Shown here one piece after another: positions 1 to 11,552 of a stretch of 64,000 nt of DNA. The notes beneath the pieces are model-generated. The model searched no databases, was not told where the DNA came from, and saw nothing but the letters and a program-made list of their open reading frames with translations. The position numbers and the translations under genes are program-made. Source of the stretch: Ascidiella aspersa (Eukaryota); assembly GCA_963924565.1 (NCBI GenBank), contig OZ004608.1, positions 9,424,001 through 9,488,000 on the forward strand. The letters run 5' to 3'. Position 1 is the first letter of the stretch. Each line of letters starts with the position of its first letter.

Positions 1-233
1 TGCTTAAACCACGTGTTGAGAATTATCTCCACCCTTGTTCGGTGATTCTTTTTACCAGTTTTAACTGTGAACAAAACGTCGCTTAACAAGATCTGCGACG
101 TATTAACTCCTTGCTTTTCCTTTAGGAGATTCGTTTTCAATTTGTCGATATTATAAACGGCGAACAGAGTACAAAACCCAACGGCAAGAAATCCGAGGCG
201 AATAAGATTCCATTTCTTCTTCATAAACTTCAT
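1..233 (-). CDS. fng: Fringe-family beta-1,3-N-acetylglucosaminyltransferase (GT31), first coding exon; gene runs off the window's left edge
   Basis: Translation from ATG 233: MKFMKKKWNLIRLGFLAVGFCTLFAVYNIDK...DVLFTVKTGKKNHRTRVEIILNTWFK. This is a type II TM anchor followed by the Fringe motif D(V/I)FxxVKTxxxxHxxRxxxxxxTW. Confidence 0.85.
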   Translation of the reverse strand, partial: MKFMKKKWNLIRLGFLAVGFCTLFAVYNIDKLKTNLLKEKQGVNTSQILLSDVLFTVKTGKKNHRTRVEIILNTWFK

Positions 234-1159
234 TATACCTTAATGCTATGTGATTTGCTAGAGCAGCAAAATCACACTCAAATCGAACGACATTACGCAA
301 CCTACAGGTTCAAACATCTCTAGTTTCAGAAAAAATAGATTATGTGGTTAGGATGTGCGTGATTATACGAAAAATCTTTGAAAAATTTTCAAAGCATCCT
401 AAAACAAGAATGAGTTCAGTTGATATTTAGATTACAGGTTAAACAAATCATAAAGCATTTTGTAAAAAATGAAAATCGAGACGTCATACCACTGAAATTA
501 CTATGTCAGATTGCATGATTTTCGCTTTCTTAGCGTGCTATGTTTGATCTGATGTAATTGTTCTAAGTGAGACAAGACGTTAGGTCAAAATTTGTCACAA
601 TTTTAGTGAAAGTATCAGAAAATTGTTGGTATCATAATAAAAAAAAATATTAAAATATAATAAATGATCAGTTTGCTAGCTTTGCTAGACTATTGTGCTG
701 TTACTGACAAATTTAGATAAACATAAGCATGTGTATCGACCCAAATTTCCCTTTCTATCAGTCAAACTCATTTTGACGTCTTGTATTCAATAAACCGACA
801 CACTATTTTTATGTACGCAAGCAGTACAGCGTCTAAAGCTTACTGCCTGTTACAACCTGCGCTTGTCAACCAGCGTTAACCAACAGTACGTCTCCATAAA
901 AGCTAAAGCACTGCCAAACTCAAAGATTAGAACCTAACGAGTGATGACCTAAGTCCTTTTGAGACCTGTTTGTTAAATTTCCAGCTGAAAAATCGGCTTG
1001 CCAATATCCACTTAAAGATAACTTGTACGCACTGTAAAAATATGCCCATCAACACCCAGCCTGTGGCTAAAATATGTTTATTTTGGCGTTAAAATTATCT
1101 GCCAAAATTATTTTGCCGACTAGCCCTTGGTCCCAAACACTAACCAAACCGACACCCTT

Positions 1160-1368
1160 TAAGGGCTCTGCACACCAGACACGGTGACGGCTGGCGATAA
1201 GCGGCGTCAACGGTTGATCGCGTTTCTTCCGCCTGTCTGGCCAGTTTGTTGGGCAATATGTTTCTACACATTTTCATTCCGCTTTTGATCCTTGTACTGG
1301 CTGCTACCAGAATCATATATACAGGGAGAATCCTGCACCAATTGTATCAGCACTTCATTGAATTCCAT
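1160..1368 (-). mobile_element. Decayed PIF/Harbinger remnant with a MADF (Myb/SANT-like) ORF fragment
   Basis: Minus strand reads MEFNEVLIQLVQDSPCIYDSGSSQYKDQKRNENV*KHIAQQTG (MADF pattern; conserved W replaced by TAG at 1264-1266). The terminus TAA-GGGCTCTGCACACCAGAC at 1160-1180 resembles a Harbinger TIR with a TAA target site. No partner TIR found. Confidence 0.65.
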
Positions 1369-1732
1369 TGTTTTTTAAGCAAAAGTTTATCTAAACAAAA
1401 CTCTACAACACAACACCAAAATAATTAAATCAAACCAACATTATTGCACCTTTCATCGTGTCTTTCATTCTTTTTGCGACACTTTAAAAAAAATATTAGG
1501 GAAAGACAAACTGTACCCTTACCATAAATAAATTTTACATAAACCTTCTATCCTCAAGTAAACTAACTTAAAACTACGAAATTGTCCCGTTGCAACAAGG
1601 TTCTGCACACAGCTCTTCAGTCTGCAAGTAGTGCGGCTGACGGAAAAGTTAAATCTGATTTAACTTTATTTATATATATATATAAACCTATATAAACCTA
1701 AACAAACACAAATACGGTATTCTATGTCGACA

Positions 1733-2402
1733 CTCTTTGACAAACTAGACACGAGTCAATTTCAAATACTTTTTGACTTTTTAACTACATAAGTGTGAAA
1801 AATCTTTGTAAGTCCGGGTTGTTTGCGGTTTGATGCTGTCTTTTGGACTAGATCAGAGCTTTTTACCTGCGCTCTGGAAGGCTGCCAAAGTGCCAAATGC
1901 GTCGCGGACAACGGAAAGCGTATTCAAAAATATTGGAGATAAATATTTTAAGACTTTTTTTATTTTTATTTTCGGCAATTTAATAAAAACATGCAACGGC
2001 AATGTAATAAAACAAGAAATTTAAAAGAAATGCCGGTATACCAAAAAAAATCGCGCTCGTTTCGCACGCCGAGTGCGCCATGACTTACAAGGTTAACAAA
2101 CACTAGATTAACTATTAACGTTATAGTTTGAATACACTTTTCATTGGGAGTATGGATTACGACGTGTGAACTCGAACTTCAAACCAAACAAACACTTGAT
2201 TTTCGCGCTTTGAGCAAACACTTTACTCCCTCCTTAAATGTGATTAAACACGTTTTCAAGTGCAAAAAATTTGAGGCCTTGCTAATTCAAAGTTGTTCTA
2301 ACATTTTAATAACACAAATCTTAGTTAACACTTTGTGCGGCCTGCAGAGACCTTTCTGAGTTTGGTTTTGGCCCGCGACTACAAAAAAGTTGCCGACCCC
2401 TG
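1733..2402 (+). mobile_element. Non-autonomous hAT-type element, copy 1 (5' truncated)
   Basis: Colinear similarity to 3133-3678; ends in TIR AAAGTTGCCGACCCCTG. Confidence 0.75.
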
Positions 2403-2850
2403 CTATAGAGTATACTGTATTTTATTTTTTGTGATACGAGAAGAATCAATATTTTCCCGATTCTTACATCACAGAGACGCCCTATTATAGTGTATAAATG
2501 GGTAATAGTATGAGTGATTTGGATTTTTTGATCCCCAAATGTGTTTTTCTTAATTTCAGCCTATCTTTCTACAGCGGCTTCTCAATAGCCTACTGTACTC
2601 GAACAAAAAATATTTGGTTTAGCAAAAAAAAACTGTTTCCACATACTTAGGTGAAATAGCTATGGCGTATCTCAAAATCTGTAACCGGTTCCCAAAGCCA
2701 AGTCCTAAAAAGTCTCATAAAACATAGCTTACATAAATAACAAATTATTTGGTGTAGCAACAATGATCATTTCTAAATACTTAGATGAAATAGCTGGCGA
2801 CTCTAAAAATCTGTATACGGTTACCGAAGCCAAATCCTAAAAATCTATAT

Positions 2851-3922
2851 CAAGGGGGCGTTCTTTTCATAATTTTGGGGCGCTGAACGCACATAAGGGG
2901 GCGTTACATAAAAGTACTTATATCAGAATTTTATAAAAAGTTCACATAAAAATAGTAACAAACAGCACTGTAGGACGTAGGTAACTTTTAACCTTAAATG
3001 GCAACTTCCGTACTGCGAACTGTAGTAGTTTCCCGACCATTGTAACGTAATAATTGGCTTTCTTATGTAAAACTGTTGGTTGCTGTTGCGTTTCACCGTT
3101 TTATACGCGGCAAAATGTTTGTATATTTAAAGCAGGGGTCGCCAACCTACGGCCCTCGACCCGCCGCCTCTTTGACAACTAGACACGAGTCCATTTTGAA
3201 TACTTTTTGACTATTTTAACTTAGTACGGGTGAAAAATTTTCACGCTTCGCGCCAATTATGTTTCTACGTCCAGTTTGTTTACAGTTTGATGCTGTCTTT
3301 GGACTAGATCAGCGCTTCTTTACCGTTGGGACGTGGAAGGCTGCCAAGTGTGTCGCGGACAAACGGAAAACGTTTTCAAAAATATTAGACATATATTTTT
3401 TAATATTTTTTATTTTTTTGCCAATGTAATAAAAACTATAGCAGAAAATTTAAAAGAAATGCCGTTATACCCCCCAAAAATCGCGCTAGCTTCGCTCGCC
3501 AGGTGCGCTAGGACTTCAAAAGATTAACAAGCACTATTACACTTTTCATTAGTAGTTTGGATAGAAAAAATCCGGGGCCCGCCTGATTCACAGTTGTTCT
3601 AACATTTTTCTAAGTTAACATTTTGTGCGGCCCGCAGGGACCTTTATGAGTTTGGTTGTTGCCCGCGACTAGAAAAGGATTTAAAGTCTTGGTGCAGAAA
3701 GATATGATTTTTTCCTGGTAATAACATAACCTAGTGAAATAATGTATGTATAAATTCCAATAGTGAATGTATGTTAGACAGCCTTAACTATACGAAAGTG
3801 AAGACCATATGATGTTAGACTACGATTAATATAATAATTTACTGTAACGCAAGATTAGGGGGCGATATCAAATATTATTGAGCCCAAGGGGGCACTAGTG
3901 TAAAAAAGGTTGGGAAACACTG
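2851..3922 (+). mobile_element. hAT-type non-autonomous element (left TIR largely lost) inserted in the satellite
   Basis: Right TIR AAAAGGTTGGGAAACACTG ends at 3922; flanks atctatat / gcctatat resemble an 8-bp TSD; internal GGGGGCG motifs. Confidence 0.55.
3133..3678 (+). mobile_element. Non-autonomous hAT-type element, copy 2
   Basis: Left TIR CAGGGGTCGCCAACCTACGGCCC; 8-bp TSD atttaaag at 3125-3132 and 3679-3686; right TIR tip missing. Confidence 0.8.
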
Positions 3923-4339
3923 GCCTATATCAACAACAAATTGTTTGATTTAGCAACAATGATCATTTCAAAATGCTTAATTTTAAATGAAATAGCTGCC
4001 TCTTAAAATCTGTAGCCGGTTCCCAAAGTCAAATCCTAAAAAGTCTCATAAAACATAGCCTACATAAATATCAAATTATTTGGTGTAGCAAAAATGAATA
4101 TTTCTAAATACTTAGATGAAATAGTATGCGTCTCTTAAAATCCGTAGGCTATGCGATTACCAAAGCCAAACCCTAAAAAGTCTCAAAAACCAAAATCGAT
4201 AACAAATATTTTGGTTTAGCAACAATGGTTATTATTTTATACTTAGATAAACTAGATTGAGGTTTTTTAAAATCTGTATAACCGGTTACAAAAGCCAAAT
4301 CATAAAAAAACCCTGTATATGCAACGGCCCAATGACTTT

Positions 4340-5577
4340 TTAGTGCCGCTGGTGGAGAATAATTTCGTAGGGCGCCGTCACATAGGTGGAACCAAAGATG
4401 CCATTGTGTACCGAGGGCGGCTCCTTGGCCGCAGGGTCCGGGCTGATCCGGAAGCGTTGCACCATGGAGACGATCAAGAGGAAAAGCTCGGTTTTGGTAA
4501 CATCCTCTCCCAAGCAACGACGAGGTCCCATGGAAAAGACGAAGATGTTGTCTCCTCCCTTTACGAACTTGCCATCTTCGTAGATGGTGCGTTCTGGTCG
4601 GGTTTTCCCAGACCTCCGAGTCGTGGTGCACTGATCAAATGCTGGCCATCACCTAAAAAAAAAGAAACAAGACTAATGCGAAAAATGAAAAAACGACTTT
4701 TTGTTTCAAGTTTCGGCAATATTGGAGTATTTCGAACAGCTTATCAAAAGTAAGTATACTAAGGTTTGTGTGAATGTGTTGAATTCCTTGTTTGAGAATA
4801 AGATTTGTATTGGTAAGACATTTTAAAAGAATTTAAGAGGGAACATTTCTGCAGTTACACGCGCTGTATAATACTTTTTCAGTTAAACGAATCGACCAAG
4901 TCAGAGACCAGTGATGCCAAATAGTAAATCAAAGTGCCCAAAAATCCGACAAACAACTAACAAAGAAGAAGTTCTTAAGTAACCTCTGTGTTCTTGGGGA
5001 TAAGGTATCCCCCGATTTTAACATCCTTGTTGGTTTTGTGAGGAACAAGAAGTGGACCGACGTGCCTGAAGCAGTGGACCTCCTCGATAAACGCCATAGT
5101 GTAGGGCAGGGATGGCGAATCACTAACCCACCACAGATTTTTTATGATCCACTTATCTCTCTAAAAATATCGAAATGTTATCAATCATTTTCAGGAAATG
5201 ATAAATGTAAAATCAATTTTTCGTTAAATGGCACTGCACTATTTAAATCAGGGCTTCCCAATCTGTGGGTCGTGCAAAAGTGTTTTAGGGGTGACGAGTA
5301 CTGCACTTCAAAAATGCGTGCAGAATAGCAGACAACTAAAAGCATTTTGTTTATCTCTGTAAAACGTAAAGGGTGGCGGGAAATTAAGACCTCGCAGACT
5401 AAAAGTTGTAAATACCCTGTGACCATGCTAAGAAGCTTTCTGCAAGTAGACCTGACGCTGGGTTTTTAACTTCTCGTTGTAATCCACATAAAGGAGGCCG
5501 TTGTTTTTGTGCAAAACTTGTTGCATCACGAAGCTGATTGGACGTCCGAAAAACGTGTCGTATTTTGTGACAAAGGC
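4340..5577 (-). pseudogene. Cytochrome P450 (CYP2-clan-like) pseudogene, three exon remnants (~5417-5577, ~4984-5160, 4340-4652)
   Basis: Contains heme motif FSMGPRRCLG, K-helix LPYTMAFIEEVHCF and GYLIPKNTE. Disabled by an in-frame TGA (4635-4637, W>stop), a frameshift before PER, ExxR>ExxC, and a TAG in the B/C-region exon; the I-helix and N-terminal exons are absent. Confidence 0.9.
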
Positions 5578-5899
5578 CTGAAACGAGAAATATGTATAAC
5601 CAGTCGCCCATCTATTGTATAGGTCAGGGTTACTCAATTGACCGTGGTCTGAACATAGCGGTGTTTAACTTCTGTCCATCAAAAATGGCTGCGGGTCGGA
5701 ACTGGACTCTAGACGCGGGACTCAGCGGAGTTGGTTTGTTTGACAGGAATTTTTACTCGGGACTCGCGCTAGTCTCACAAGACTATAGGCTACTCGCGTG
5801 CTGAGACCGATGCACAGTAGCAAGTTGGGAACTGATAAGGCCGCATGTAAATCGTAAAGGTGAAGTGACATAGGGTGGAATATTTTCACCCACGTTTCG

Positions 5900-6330
5900 T
5901 AAGTTGGTGAGTAGCCTACGTTGCGGCTTGGAATTGTGTTCGGGTCAAACCCCGGTTATTCACTCCGAACAGTCTGGCCGGTTGTGACGTCATCTCGCCT
6001 GCCAATGTGTGTTAGTTCGAGGTAAACTTATTGAACGTATCGTAAGTTCTGATTGGTCGTTTGTTTGTACGCAATAAATATTATTCCATTGTGGCTCGCG
6101 ACAACAAGTACATGATAGCCCTATGAGTAAATTGCTGCATCTATGCTCTATTTTAGTTAAATGGATGCGTGGAATACAGAGCTGTGGATTCCTGTATCGC
6201 CGATTCGTACTGGGGACTTTACGAAGTCGGTTAGTTAGGCCGCAAATGAACAAAATCCCAAACTAATCCTGAATGTTTGGAAAGCTCCGTCGTAGACAAT
6301 TTAGCATTTCGCGTGTTGCGTCAATTCAGG
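5900..6330 (+). promoter_or_regulatory. Likely TUSC2 promoter (CpG-rich patch)
   Basis: Full CRE TGACGTCA at 5985-5992; CCAAT boxes at ~6002 and (reverse) ~6052; CpG retained here but depleted downstream. Confidence 0.45.
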
Positions 6331-6481
6331 CATGACAAAGACATAGAAACCTAAATACCTTTGTAGAATGGTAAACACTAAAACATACTGACAGTCACAC
6401 AGTGGTTCTTCTATTGAAAGTTCCTGATTTGGAACAAACAGTACTTTATATTTGTACCTGATTGCTCTAAAATTTCTTGCG

Positions 6482-7954
6482 ATGGGCCATCAGGCTAGTA
6501 AGATGATGAAGAAAGGGATGGATTATATTGCAGGTAACACTGCAGAAGACGGTGGCACAAACTCATTCGATCAACGACTAGCAAGTTTTCGTGGAACCCC
6601 TTTCGTGTTAAAAAGGACAGGGTCAGTACTGCTATACATTTTTACTATTTTTAGGTTAATTTGTATTTACAGTTGAGTTTAAATTAGCAAAATAGGCCTA
6701 TAAATATTTTTCCACTGTTGTATAACATGCCCAGTTTGCATTCTATGGCAAGTGCATTAGTGCACACTCGATATTTTTTGAAAGGAAATCTGTGCACCTT
6801 TATTAGTATATGGCGCACTTTTTTCTGAAAAAAAAAAAGAAATTTTTGTAGGATTTCAAACATGATTGCACACCTGCATAGGTATCATCTCCAAACTTGG
6901 CGCTGCATACCCGAGTTCTCGGCGTGAAGTGCCATGACATGCAGACTGGTAAGATGTCATACTCCCTACTAATGATGTGCTGCCATTCTGCATTTCATGG
7001 CACTTTTTGCAATCCCAATTATGGACCATCAAATTTAAAGGCATGCAGTTGTGCGATCAATACACAGCCTAACAAAAACTTAAGAGTCAGTCTGCAATCT
7101 GCATTCTGTGGCAAACCAAGATTTTTGGCGCTGGTCTAAAATCCTACTACAGTTCTAAAATCAACACACAAAATTTTATTAGGTTGCGGGTTAGCGCTTG
7201 GGTGTGGGTGGGTCAAGTATTATTATATTCTTTATTTAATAATAATACTTGACCCACCTTAACCCAACCGTTAACCCGCACCCTAACCCAAATGATGTTT
7301 TGTTGTGGTAGGATTCTAGGCCAGCGCCATATTTTTTAATAGGGGATGGTAGGGGTTTAAATTATACAGACAAACAAACCTGTAGAATTTCAGTTTAATA
7401 CTTTGCTCTTCCAAGTATGATCTGATATAAATGCACTGCATGCTAAAATGACTAAATTTACACAAAAACCTACTTTTCCAATAATGCCCATACCCGCAGG
7501 AACAGGATTATAAAACTTTTTTACTTCCACTGTTTAAATGCTTATTTTGTTAAACTATATCCCAAATAATTGGTGCACAGTTCACAATATTTTGATGAAG
7601 ATGGACATTTGGCACATGAGTTCTACACAGAAATTCGAGATAAAAAGGTTGCTGGGAGAGTTCGATTGAGAAGAATTTCAAAAGGTCTTCGTAAACAGGT
7701 TAGACCCAATGCATACAAATGTCATTTGACCACAAAGCACTAACAATTTAAAATCATGTTGTACTTTCAACTATTTTTCTCCAATAAAAGTTGTAAAATA
7801 TATGTGAGGGCAAATAAGTATCAGCCTCAAAAATTGACACAGCTTTTTAAAATTGCTCAAAAAGAATACATAATTTTAATTATTCTAGGGTGAGATTCAA
7901 CTGGACCTTCCACGGTTAAACTGCAACTTTCCGATTGTCATATATGAAGGTTGA
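6482..7954 (+). CDS. TUSC2: Tumor suppressor candidate 2 (FUS1) homolog, 107 aa; exons 6482-6621, 7581-7698, 7889-7954
   Basis: MGHQASK...GTPFVLKRTG|SQYFDEDGHLAHEFYTE...RLRRISKGLRKQ|GEIQLDLPRLNCNFPIVIYEG* matches the TUSC2 motifs PFVxxRxGSxxxDEDGxLAHEFY and PRxxxxFPxxxYE; N-myristoylation-type MGxxxS start; exon phases compatible. Confidence 0.95.
7127..7328. mobile_element. Palindromic MITE in TUSC2 intron 1
   Basis: Outer IR GGCGCTGGTCTAAAATCCTAC / GTAGGATTCTAGGCCAGCGCC; inner IR GGTGGGTCAAGTATTATTAT / ATAATAATACTTGACCCACC; GGTTAG/CTAACC motifs. Confidence 0.75.
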
Positions 7955-10029
7955 TGACACAGAAACTTTGCCAGTGCATCACTAGGGCTCGCTTGCCTAA
8001 AGCTGGATGGATGTTGAATGGTTTTGTTTTGTTGATGTTGTGATGCCAAAGTATATCAATGAATTTTACTTCTAATATTTAATAGCAGTAACAAACATGC
8101 GCCAGTTAATCATGTTTAAAGTCAAGTATGATTTTTAACTATTTTTTAGTGTTTTGTACCTTTCTAGGCGTAACACGATTAAACCTAAAATCTTGTAAAC
8201 AGCAGAATGTGCATATATGTGACACAATGTTGTACAAATCACATTTATTTTACTGTATACCAATTACCAACAGCTATTGAAATTTTGTTTCATTTTAATA
8301 TTGGATACTATTGTGTATTCTATATGAGAAAAAACCTGTGTTTTGCATGTAATATCAACAAGATCCTAAGAAATCTGCTTGCTTTTTAAATCACGATGCC
8401 TAAAAAGGGCTCAATAATCTTGATGCAGCTTAAGCTAGTATTATTTGCACTGTGAAGTTCTGTCCTTTGATGTTGCGTTTTCTCTAAATTATTATTTTTT
8501 TTTGCGCATTAAAATGCTATCACTGCCTTTGTGGTAATCTTATTATAATTTAATTAGACAGGTGGTGGTGCACATTCCTATTTGTGGTTGCTCCTGTTTT
8601 GAATGTCAATTAAGAGGGCAAAAAATAAAGACTTCAGGTTCCTTAAGTTTGTATAAATTAAGTTTATTTACACAACTTTTCGATTCACATGATACAAAAG
8701 TTTTGTACGACAAAAAAAACAAAATAAAAAAATTCATAACCTGCAGTAGGCCGCTACTAATATGCAACATATGTCGAAAAGGAGACGCATTAAAATAGAA
8801 AAAAGATGACCTCGCGACAACTGGTTGCACAGAAATGTTGGTTGATCGAAGGCAGTAAAACTAATAGACACCGGTGTCAGCTTTGCTCTCAACAACCTTA
8901 CACACAGTCAGCATACTGGAGTACAACTTGCATCCTATTCTAGATGACGCAAACATGGAATCAGGTTCACATATAGGTACTTTCATACACTTTGTGTAAA
9001 CTTCCACAGTAATGAAACAAGCCTGTCGCAAGTGGGAATCTTGACAATAACGTAACAAAAACTTAATACATGTGTGCATGACAGACAGAATGTGACGTAT
9101 CGTACCTGTTCAGCACAATAACAAGAATAAAATATGAAAGCAAAATTTACATGGTTTCATTTTTACAAAATAAGAAACACAAAATTTCACCAAATGTTTT
9201 TCAAATTATTTTGATGTAGATCAAAAAACGTTCACTAGTAATGTTAAATAAACGCATAACACTAATGTGGGCAAGCAACCCGATTTTGTTCATTAATATG
9301 CAAGAAACAATAGCATGGTGGTATGCCTTAAAACAAAGCAAGCAGGACTATGAAATTGCTTTTGCTGTTTTGTTTGTGTCCCTCATATGTATGCTCTTTG
9401 GTGTTAAAGATGCCCGATATCATTAGATTTAAGATAGAGCACAGCTTGTTTTTAGGTAACCTACTTTATTCAGATTGGGATAATAACCTCACATTTTGTA
9501 TACAATTATTTGTTGCTTTAGGAAGTCTTTATTGTGTTGTTTATAACTATTTACCAGAACATAAATTCCTAAAATTAGGTAATATTGGCCTCCATTTGGG
9601 GGGTGAAACAGCAATTATGGTTTTGTGCAATTCATAAGCTAGAACAAACCTTTTCATAATGTACATTGAGCATAATGGGTATTAAAAAAATTTATGTAGT
9701 TGACAAATGTTAGAAAAGCATTCACCACATTGGTAACAAAGAACATCAGGTGAATAATGCAGACACAGTTTATTTTTTTTAATTATCAGTTACTGTAAGT
9801 TAAAAAAAAAAGTAGTCCTAACATTTATTTAGCCAGAATACCAAAAATAAATTCAAAAAGTTTTAAATCGACACATTCAATAAGAGAAGGAAAGTAGAAA
9901 ATTTGCAACACTTGCATTATTTTGCATTTTATAAATTTCATTGAACATGAATTGCACCCCAAAACTGTAAGCCCATATCATAACTGGTAAGTGGTAAATG
10001 CAGGTTACCATTTCAGCTGATTGATGGGA

Positions 10030-10199
10030 TAGCTTTTTTTAACTAGGCCAAGTGAAAAAAAGCAATGAAAACAAAGGAGAAAGTGTTGCAGCTGTGCAGC
10101 TATTTCCGACAGCTAGCTTTTGTTAACTAGGCCAAGTGAAAAAAAGCAATGAAAACAAAGGAGAAAGTGTTGCAGCTGTGCAGCTATTTCCGACAGCTA
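10030..10199. repeat. Near-perfect direct tandem duplication of ~84 bp
   Basis: taactaggccaagtgaaaaaaagcaatgaaaacaaaggagaaagtgttgcagctgtgcagctatttccgacagcta occurs twice. Confidence 0.9.
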
Positions 10200-11552
10200 A
10201 GTATTTTTGACGGTAACAGTGTTATAATGCAATAGCAGTATTCCCTCTAACATTGTTTAATCAAAGTGTCCCAATGTTTGCACACTGGAATAAAAATGAA
10301 AATTGAAACAGTAGTTGTAAATCAAGTTTAATTAATTATTATTGGGAAAACAATTGACGACTATTTATATGAGCCAGTTTTGCATAGCAATCTGTGAGAT
10401 GAATACTTTGCAATTTAATAAAAATAAACAGAAATTTTGACATTTACTTTATCTTGGGAGATAAACCTGATAGACCTTTTAATATTATAATCTAAGAGGG
10501 AACACCGCAAAAAGTAATCTAAACTAACAGCAAATAATTCCAAAAGTTAAAAGTTGAGCAATGTTGTGGCTTTTTTGTTGGATACTGCAGCATATTTGAA
10601 AAATTGCATGAATCAAAAACAAACATAGTTTAGCTGAAGCACAGTTTCTAAAATCTATAAATCTCCAATAAAATGTGTCGACGTTGTCGGGAAAGCAAAC
10701 AGCAAAAAAGTCGCGATATTAAACGTTGAAATGTTATGCTTACAAAGGCTTCGGAAATTTTGTTAGTGAAAAATATTAATATACAAATTGGTTAGGTAAG
10801 TAAGCACTCTTAAACATTAATAATAATCACCAAGAGAGATATTATAGTGGTGTAGACATTAGAATATGCAATTCAGTTATGAATGTTGGTTGTTTAATTA
10901 AACCAAGGTTCCATAGCAACAAATTAAAAAAAATGCCATACTTTTCACCATTTAATTTCTTGGGAAAACATTTAAATTGTTTGCTATCCACAAAAGAATT
11001 AAAAAATTCTAGTCATCAATGACAAAGAAGGATACCAATAATAACTTTCAGCTAATATTCAATTAGGCGTTTACAGTTTATATAATACACAAACATCTAC
11101 TATAAGTTTGGAACATCTGTTAAATTTGTAAAAATATCACAATACATAAATATCACAATACTGTGACCAAAAGAAAGAGAGTTTTATTTAATGAAAAGGG
11201 CAAGCTTGTATTTTCACACTTCCTGTAAGTCCAGGCAAAGGTAAATTGAGGCTAAACTATCAGGAAAGTTTAAACAAGTACGATGGCTCAATACAAGGCT
11301 TACCTTGTTTTTAATCAAGTGGATTCAGTAACACCCTGGAGTTGTAGTTTGAAGAGAAATTGCATTGAAGTACATTCAGCGTTTAACTTTACCTAAAAAG
11401 AGGTGAGCCTAGTGAAAGGGGGGTCGGATAACCCCACAGAAAAAATATCAATTCAAAAGGGAGGCACTAATACGCAAATGGGACATGTGAAAAGGTTAGA
11501 TTATAATACGGCGGTGTACACTCTTTTGAAGAGCAGATAAAAAGAAGGGCTG

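Larger units (their letters stand above)
2600..4320. repeat. ~125-bp diverged tandem repeat, interrupted by nested transposons
   Basis: Unit aaattatttggtgtagcaacaatgatcatttctaaatacttagatgaaatagc...aaaatctgta..cggtt.c.aaagccaaatcctaaaa recurs at ~2600-2850 and ~3930-4320. Confidence 0.8.

Noticed and set aside
4635-4637. In-frame TGA as selenocysteine or recoded Trp
   Set aside because: Accompanied by a frameshift, a TAG and missing exons; TGA is a normal stop in TUSC2, THOC7, ATXN7 and the GPCR.
4319-4753. 144-aa plus-strand ORF and other ORFs over the CYP exon
   Set aside because: Antisense or alternative-frame shadows of the P450 pseudogene.
11304-11392. Extra ATXN7 exon downstream of the stop
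   Set aside because: Splice-like signals are present but it lies after the TGA at 11553 with no supporting donor; cannot be supported without transcripts.
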